Shown in pieces: positions 58,006-64,000 of a stretch of DNA of 64,000 bases. The position numbers and the translations under genes are program-made. The number at the start of each line of letters is the position of its first letter. Within the stretch, counting starts at the first letter, position 1. The stretch comes from a virus, in IMG/VR virus record IMGVR_UViG_3300009285_005282, positions 55,737-119,736 of that record. The stretch is one strand, 5' to 3'. Under the pieces are notes generated by a model. It saw only the letters and a program-made list of their open reading frames with translations. It ran no database searches and was not told the DNA's origin.

Positions 58006-58542
58006 GTGTCAATCCAGCCTGATTACTTTCTGGTAAGCACCGTTCGTGGTCCCCGTACGCGCACTCAACGGGCAGGAGCCCCTGCTCGTGTGCGTAGAGT
58101 GCAGACTGTCTGTGGCGGTCGTTACCTGCGGTATCAACGCCCGCTGTGCATCACGGAGGCAGAACTACACCAATACGAAATTGAGCTGCACGACCTGTAC
58201 CGCCGTGGGGTACTTCAGGTGCGTCATGGCTCGCCCGTGGGAAAGCTGTACAGCTTCGCACCAGCAGCTCCTTCCTACACGGAGTCCGTCGCCGTGCAGA
58301 CCGAGACACCTCCCGAGCACGCCGAGGTTACACCGTCGGCAGAAGAGGCGACCCCCCCTAGCGGCACCGCGGTGTCCGCGCCGGAGAAGGACGTGCCGGA
58401 GGGGGAGCGCCCGCGTTTCACGGCCATGACCAAGCCCCAGCTGATCGAGTACCTGGGGGCGCTGGGACAACTGGAAGACGGGCTCCAGGACCTGAAACGG
58501 TCCGAGCTCGTCAAGATGGCCAGCAATGCTACAGCTGCATAA
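58006..58542 (+). CDS. Protein with C-terminal HeH/Rho-N-like domain
   Basis: FTAMTKPQLIEYL...LKRSELVKM. Confidence 0.55.
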   Translation: MSIQPDYFLVSTVRGPRTRTQRAGAPARVRRVQTVCGGRYLRYQRPLCITEAELHQYEIELHDLYRRGVLQVRHGSPVGKLYSFAPAAPSYTESVAVQTETPPEHAEVTPSAEEATPPSGTAVSAPEKDVPEGERPRFTAMTKPQLIEYLGALGQLEDGLQDLKRSELVKMASNATAA

Positions 58543-58762
58543 TCTGACCCATCGCACTGGCCGTCCGCGGACACTCGTGCTCTACGGGCGGGAGGTACCA
58601 GCCGGGGGGATGGTGATGATCGAGGACACGGTGGAGCTCCGACATATCTCCGGGCTGCTTCGACGTGGCGAGGTCTGGCTGGGGGAGCTGCCCGAGTGCT
58701 ATACTGCGCAGGAGACGCCTGAGCCGCCAAAACGACGCGGGCGTAAGCCCAGGAGATCCTGA
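58526..58762 (+). CDS. Small hypothetical protein
   Basis: Packed ORF with basic tail KRRGRKPRR. Confidence 0.55.
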   Translation: MLQLHNLTHRTGRPRTLVLYGREVPAGGMVMIEDTVELRHISGLLRRGEVWLGELPECYTAQETPEPPKRRGRKPRRS

Positions 58763-59289
58763 TGACGGCTCTACAAGGTCTTGACCGCCCTGGACTTCCT
58801 GGAGCTTCAGCACAGTTCAACCACTTCATAGCGCAGGTGCGCCTATTCATCCGTGACTTCCCTGAGCTCAACCGGTTGGTGGCTGGTACCGAGAGTCACG
58901 ATCGGATGATCGCCTTTGCGGTGTGTGACGCGCTCAGCGACTTCAACGCCACTCCTCCGCTTATCGGCGCCTACGGCTTCGACTACTTTGCGGAGCAGGG
59001 GTGGTTACACCCGCTCAAGCTCAAGACGGTCGCGGTACTGCTGGAGTCGGTCGGCATCTTGCAGACCCGTAACCACCTTCCCTTCTCGGATGGTGGGCTC
59101 AACGTCTCCACCAGCGACAAGACCCCGTTGCTCCAGTCCTGGATTCAGCTCTTCGACGGGCGGTGGGAGAACTGGAAGCGCCAGGTCAAGATGTCGCTCA
59201 ACATCGGGCAGTTGCTGGGGCAGGCTTCGGGCATCCCTAGTGAGATGTCCTACATCAACGGCTTCTGGGACCTGACCTCCGAGGTGTAA
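58762..59289 (+). CDS. Putative head-tail adaptor/neck protein
   Basis: VRLFIRD.PELN, ALSDFNATPP, FSDGGLNVS; position after MCP. Confidence 0.55.
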   Translation: MTALQGLDRPGLPGASAQFNHFIAQVRLFIRDFPELNRLVAGTESHDRMIAFAVCDALSDFNATPPLIGAYGFDYFAEQGWLHPLKLKTVAVLLESVGILQTRNHLPFSDGGLNVSTSDKTPLLQSWIQLFDGRWENWKRQVKMSLNIGQLLGQASGIPSEMSYINGFWDLTSEV

Positions 59290-59292
59290 GCA

Positions 59293-59772
59293 ATGGCTCA
59301 TTGGACGGTACATAGCTTCATTGGAACCGCTGCGATGGCGGATTGGCTGAACGGCTCCCTCATTGGGACGGTGGACCTGGCACCGACCGGGGCGGACGTG
59401 GACACCAAGACGCTGGTCATCGACGACGGCGGTGGTGACCAGACCGTGACTTTCGCACCGGCTCTCGGGCGCAACTGGACCGTGGATGAGATCGCCGCAG
59501 CGATCAACGCCGTCCCAGCGCTGGCTGGGGTGGCCACGGTCTTGATTCGTCGAGGTCTCTACGCTGGTGCCCCGGTCCAGAAGTTCCTGCGTATCATGGG
59601 CGACCCAGCGCACACGATCCGCGCTGATGGTACCGCCAACTCTGACCTCGGGTACGTCGCTGGCGTCTCCCCGGCGGACGATACGGTGCAGGTAATTATC
59701 AACATCACTGAGTGTCACTTTCAGGACTGGCTCCAGCCCAACGAGCAATGGACCGTCCTACGGTACGCGTGA
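59293..59772 (+). CDS. Virion structural protein
   Basis: KTLVIDDGGGDQTVTF...TVDEIAAAINA domain typical of tail/neck proteins. Confidence 0.5.
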   Translation: MAHWTVHSFIGTAAMADWLNGSLIGTVDLAPTGADVDTKTLVIDDGGGDQTVTFAPALGRNWTVDEIAAAINAVPALAGVATVLIRRGLYAGAPVQKFLRIMGDPAHTIRADGTANSDLGYVAGVSPADDTVQVIINITECHFQDWLQPNEQWTVLRYA

Positions 59773-59781
59773 GGTGAGCCG

Positions 59782-61476
59782 ATGTTAGACGACTACGTGA
59801 CCGGTACGCACGGAGAAATCCCTTGGGTGGCCGCTGCGGAGTTTTACGCACGGGTTACCCGTCCGGCGGTGCCTGAGGCGAGGATGACCAAACAAGCCAC
59901 GCTCGGCCTGCTCAAACTCGCAGCGCTGAACAAGAAGTGCGAGGACGCTTTACCGCCGCAGGTTGCCGCACTTCAGGCGCAGGCCATGACCGATCCTGAC
60001 GTCGTAGCAGCGTTGGACTGGCAAGAGGCGCAGGCGGAACGACAGGCGCTGCAGGGTACGGTGCAGACGTTAGAGTACCAAGTCTCCGACCTGCAGCAGC
60101 AACAGCAGCAGGTAGTGCAGCAAGCGCAACAGCAAGCTGCCGTCAACCAGCAGCTGCAGGCACAGGTGCAGCAGGCAGTTACCGACCGGCAGGCTGCTAC
60201 TGAGCAAGCTCTGGCAGCGCGGGACAGTGCGCTGCAGGAGCAGGTCGTTGCGCAGCAGAACCGGCAGCAGCTCATGGCAGCAGCGGACCAGCTCGCGCTC
60301 CAACTCAAGCAAGTTGCGGCTCAACCGACCGCCGCGGAGCAAACCGCCATGGCAGGAGCTCAGCCTTCACCTGACGCAGTGGCACCACCCGAAGCGCAAG
60401 GAGTGCCCCTTTCGGCACGCGCTGCACAGGAGACACAGCAAGCGCAAAAAGCGCAGGAGCAGGCGCAGATTCAGGCACAGCAGGCAGCCCAGGCGCAGGC
60501 CGAGGACCAGGCCAAGATGGGCAGCGACCGTGTGGCTGAGCTACGTCGCAGGTTGGCGTTAGCTAAGACCGCCGGAGTCGCGTCCTGGGCCGTGCCGCTT
60601 GTGGCTGGTACGGGTGCGGGTGCCGCGCTCGGTGCCGGCGGAGCGGCCATGGCGGCGCCAGAGGGACGTCGAGCTGCAGCGGCTAAAAGGGGTGCGCTAG
60701 TGGGTGCAGGATTGGGTCTAGCCAGCGGCGGGCTGCACGGGGCAGCTAAGCACACACAACGCGCGGCGGACCTACAGGTGGCCCGCATGCTCGACGAGGA
60801 AAAACAACTCAAAAATTTCATCGAGTTTGCCCCCCGTGGGCTCTCCTTGCACAAGTTAGACATACACGAGTTGCACCCCCATAGGCTCTCCTTCCTCGAT
60901 GAGGAAACGGTGTCGGGGATGAGGAACCGCATCGCGGTTCGAGATGCCGCGGCACGCCGGGTGGTGGGGTTGGGTCTAGCCTCCACGGCTGTCGGTTTGA
61001 CGGCGCTTCCGGCCGGGGTGGGAGTTGGCTTGCACGATCGGTACCGCGCTGCACAGGAGAAGACCGCTGGGGGCAAGTTGACGGCGGGGATGGCGCTTGG
61101 GGGAGCGGCTTTGGGCGCTGGATATGGGGGCGTGTCCGCCATCCGACAGGGACGGCAGGGGCGGGACAAGCCCAACGACCGCGAGCTCGACCTGGCGAAC
61201 CGGATTCAGGTCGCCAAAGCTAAGGCCGAGCGTAGCCCTTCCTACCGGGCCGATGTGCGCATCGCACGGATGCAGTTCCTCAAGGACGTTGCTGAGTCAG
61301 ACCGTAAACATCCTGGAGGGGAAGTGCTCCACAATGCAGTCTCGGGTGCCCTGGCAGGGGCTCTAACCGCGGTCGTAGCTGGGGCAGCGCGGAACAAGTG
61401 GCGAGAGATGGCCAACTTCAACTCCAAGGCGGTAATCGACCGAGCCTTGCAGCAGGTCAGAAAGGCACAGCCATGA
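59782..61476 (+). CDS. Gln-rich coiled-coil protein with two KTA-delimited glycine-zipper cassettes
   Basis: KQA, KLA, KMG, KTA, KTA sites; poly-Q coiled coil. Confidence 0.7.
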   Translation: MLDDYVTGTHGEIPWVAAAEFYARVTRPAVPEARMTKQATLGLLKLAALNKKCEDALPPQVAALQAQAMTDPDVVAALDWQEAQAERQALQGTVQTLEYQVSDLQQQQQQVVQQAQQQAAVNQQLQAQVQQAVTDRQAATEQALAARDSALQEQVVAQQNRQQLMAAADQLALQLKQVAAQPTAAEQTAMAGAQPSPDAVAPPEAQGVPLSARAAQETQQAQKAQEQAQIQAQQAAQAQAEDQAKMGSDRVAELRRRLALAKTAGVASWAVPLVAGTGAGAALGAGGAAMAAPEGRRAAAAKRGALVGAGLGLASGGLHGAAKHTQRAADLQVARMLDEEKQLKNFIEFAPRGLSLHKLDIHELHPHRLSFLDEETVSGMRNRIAVRDAAARRVVGLGLASTAVGLTALPAGVGVGLHDRYRAAQEKTAGGKLTAGMALGGAALGAGYGGVSAIRQGRQGRDKPNDRELDLANRIQVAKAKAERSPSYRADVRIARMQFLKDVAESDRKHPGGEVLHNAVSGALAGALTAVVAGAARNKWREMANFNSKAVIDRALQQVRKAQP

Positions 61477-61790
61477 GCTCGGACGTTTTCGAGAAAGCCT
61501 TTGCTTCTGAAGTACCCATCGGCAGCGCCGCCACTCAGCTGCGCAAGCTGGCAGAGAGCATCGAGGTGCATGGGCGTCGAAGTGAGGAGAGCACGGATCT
61601 TGCCAAAGCGCTGGAGCGGGTCACGGCGAAGAAGAGCGGCTCGGTCACTCGGTTGACCAGCGGCGACGACCGCGAAACCCGTCAGCCCGAGAGGCACCCG
61701 TTGGAGGCGCTTATGATCACCCCCTGCGATGGGCGAACGCGGGTGTGGCCCACATCGCCGCTGGAGCGGCCTCCAACGCGTTCTATGTGA
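61473..61790 (+). CDS. Hypothetical protein (KLA site)
   Basis: ATGA overlap at 61473. Confidence 0.55.
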   Translation: MSSDVFEKAFASEVPIGSAATQLRKLAESIEVHGRRSEESTDLAKALERVTAKKSGSVTRLTSGDDRETRQPERHPLEALMITPCDGRTRVWPTSPLERPPTRSM

Positions 61791-61799
61791 GCTGTTTGA

Positions 61800-62681
61800 A
61801 TGCTGCGTGTCACCAACCTAGCGGTCCGGTCTTTGGACGTTGACTACCTGGACCTGTTCTGGGAGGTAGAGAACACGTTCGAGGACCCGCTGGACTTCAC
61901 CTTCGTTGTGGAGCGCAGCGAGTCCCCGTTGGGTCCGTGGGACCCGGTGTCCGAGCCCTTCTCCGACCGCTACTTCTTTCGTGACGTCGTCATTCCGTCC
62001 TTCAACCGTTACCGAAAACTGTGGTACCGCATCCGGGTCACCCGCATTCTGGATGACAAGGTAGCCTACTCCGAGATTGACACGCGTGGCCCGGAGCCGG
62101 ATCTCATTGCCTTGGAGGTACGCAGGCAGGAGTTACTGCTCTTTCAGGAGCACATTGGGCGACAGGTGTGGATCTTTCCGATCCGCACGTTTGGCCAGCG
62201 TTGCCCGGCCTGCTACGACCGGGTCCAGCGCGTACGGCTCAAGTCGGCGTGCCTCACCTGCTACAACACGGGGTTCACTCGCGGGTTCATGGACCCTATC
62301 GTGTCCTGGGTGCAGATCGACCCTGCGGTAGAGGTCACTCAGCCCGGACCGTTGATGCAGGACCAGACCCAGAACGCCACTGCTAGATTGCCCTGGTTCC
62401 CGCCGCTCAAGACCGGTGACGTAATCGTGGAGGCGGAGAACGTTCGCTGGGCGGTCAACCCCGTGACCACCACCCAACGGCTGCGAGCGCCACTGCACCA
62501 AGAGGTCACCATACACCACATCCCGGAGTCCGATATTGAATACCGGCTCCCGATCAACATCGACAGCTTGCGGGAACTGCAGCCCAACCCCAAACGGGTC
62601 TTCACCAACCCTCACCATCTGCGTTCGGGGACCTACGTGGACCTGCGAACCGACGAACTCAAAGGATACGACTATGAATAA
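61800..62681 (+). CDS. Putative neck/head-closure protein with FN3-like N-terminus and Zn motif
   Basis: VTNLAVRS...LFW...FVVERSES; RCPAC...CLTCYNTGF. Confidence 0.55.
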   Translation: MLRVTNLAVRSLDVDYLDLFWEVENTFEDPLDFTFVVERSESPLGPWDPVSEPFSDRYFFRDVVIPSFNRYRKLWYRIRVTRILDDKVAYSEIDTRGPEPDLIALEVRRQELLLFQEHIGRQVWIFPIRTFGQRCPACYDRVQRVRLKSACLTCYNTGFTRGFMDPIVSWVQIDPAVEVTQPGPLMQDQTQNATARLPWFPPLKTGDVIVEAENVRWAVNPVTTTQRLRAPLHQEVTIHHIPESDIEYRLPINIDSLRELQPNPKRVFTNPHHLRSGTYVDLRTDELKGYDYE

Positions 62682-63390
62682 CCTACAAGCCCGCGCTTTC
62701 GTTATTGAGCTAGCAGAGCTGGAAAAGTTGGGGCGGACAGGCTCGATCCGACGTGTCTGGGCAAGGCACGCTCCTGCTATCGTAGCCGGGACTGGTGCCG
62801 TACTGGGAGGAGTAAGCGGGGCGCTACACACCGACAACGAAACCCCAAATCCGACAGTGGCGCAGCGAGTACGCAACGCCGCGCTATCGGGTGTGGTGGT
62901 TGGGTCATTGGCAGGGCTAAGTGTGCACGGCATCCGTAGGTTGAAGCGAGCTATGGCGTACGCCCCCAATGCTCAGCTTCGTGCGGCACGGGCTGTTCGG
63001 GAGAACAAGCTGTCGCCGTCGCTCGAGCGCATGATTGACGATTTTGACTTGGCGCAGGCCAAGAAACGCGCCCTGGCGAAGACCGCTACAGAGCAAGTGC
63101 AGCCGCAGCGGCGGGGGACGAACAGCGAAGAGTTCAAGCAGTTTCTCAAGAACACTGGCTACATAGCTCTCGGAACGGGAGTTGGTGTTGGAGGGATGAC
63201 GCTGCTTCGCCCAGTTGCCGAGAAGTACCTGCCCCGAGTCCCCAAGAATATACTGACCCCGGCGGTGGCGCTCACTACTACGGCTGCTGGGGTTGGCGCC
63301 GCCGAGCTCCTACGGCGGTTGGCAGAGCGTAAACGGCAAACGCTCGACGAGGCGTACGAGCGCGGCGAAAGGATGCGGCGTGGCGAGTAA
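62674..63390 (+). CDS. Glycine-zipper protein with AFVIELAELEKLG leader (cargo family)
   Basis: Two hydrophobic Gly hairpins separated by AKTA. Confidence 0.65.
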   Translation: MNNLQARAFVIELAELEKLGRTGSIRRVWARHAPAIVAGTGAVLGGVSGALHTDNETPNPTVAQRVRNAALSGVVVGSLAGLSVHGIRRLKRAMAYAPNAQLRAARAVRENKLSPSLERMIDDFDLAQAKKRALAKTATEQVQPQRRGTNSEEFKQFLKNTGYIALGTGVGVGGMTLLRPVAEKYLPRVPKNILTPAVALTTTAAGVGAAELLRRLAERKRQTLDEAYERGERMRRGE

Positions 63391-63643
63391 GGTCAAGGTC
63401 TCGACGCCTATCCGGCATCCGATCAGCAGCTGGTCGGAGAGCCCGTTGCGCCACTTGATGCGCATCACCATCCTCTTCTTGCAACAGCTCTTCCACGCCG
63501 CCCCCACCGGGTGCTTCCACTGGGAGGAGGACGACGAGCAGACCGAGGTAATCATCACCCGCGAGGTCCCGGTAGCGATGGAGGTGCTGCACAAGCGTCC
63601 GTGCATCGTGCTGGTCCGCTCCCCCACCGGCTGGTCCGGGTTG
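63380..63643 (+). CDS. Tail-completion-like gene, truncated by a sequence junction
   Basis: ILFLQQLF...HW...TEVIIT...KRPCIVLVR; the frame loses protein-like character after ~63640. Confidence 0.4.
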
Positions 63644-64000
63644 CTCTTGTTGACCAGAGAGACCGCCAGGGTGAGCTGGTCGCCCTTGACCTCGGCGCCC
63701 AAGGAGTCCACCTCCAGGGCCATCCCCTCTTGCAGTTCCTCGATGCTCAGGCCGCTTTTGGCCTCTTCCCAGAGGTTGTCGGTGGTCAGTTCCTTTTGCA
63801 CCAGCAGTTGGTCCTTGTACACCACCATCAGGTGAACCCAGGTTCCGCGCACGACCGCCGCGTCCTCCAGCCGCGCCCAGGCCGTTCCCCCGGATTTGGC
63901 CTGGAACACGGGGACGTTCCCCTCGAAACCCAAACTGAAGGCCGGGTCCTCGCCCTTGGACAGGATGAGCTCCTCGCCCTCGGCGGGCGGCTCGCCCATC
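63640..64000 (-). other. Foreign coding fragment(s), probable assembly chimera
   Basis: Minus frame reads LamG-like ...GTWVHLMVVY then an unrelated KDQLLVQKELT... and runs head-on into the phage gene without a stop. Confidence 0.5.

Noticed and set aside
1-64000. tRNA, rRNA, integrase/att sites, sigma factor, endolysin
   Set aside because: None recognisable by eye; tRNAscan/Infernal and HMM searches would be needed to exclude them

Overview
This window is a GC-rich fragment of a large, probably contractile-tailed dsDNA bacteriophage, not a bacterial chromosome. Leftward blocks carry replication, recombination and accessory genes (PolA, DnaB, DnaG, gp32-like SSB, RecA, Cas4-like and Hjc-like nucleases, RusA, UDG, SF2 helicase, an Hfq/Sm-like protein, two pentapeptide-repeat proteins). 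Each leftward block starts at a conserved TATAAG element and ends at a hairpin. Rightward blocks carry virion genes (portal, terminase, prohead protease, major capsid, neck, baseplate spike, holin/spanin-like) and a 2912-aa single-chain beta+beta-prime RNA polymerase. Four LAGLIDADG inteins sit in conserved motifs: two in the RNAP, one in terminase, one in the protease. One of them is non-canonical (Ala1) and follows NADFDGD directly. The strongest unexplained pattern is a K-x-A motif that saturates about 15 head-cluster proteins and occurs once near the capsid N-terminus. It also ends a shared F-x-x-E-L-x-K-x-A leader on a family of glycine-zipper proteins. I infer a head-maturation protease specificity and capsid cargo-loading system that I do not recognise from characterised phages. 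The last ~360 nt look like an assembly chimera. All calls come from motif reading by eye; no database searches were run.
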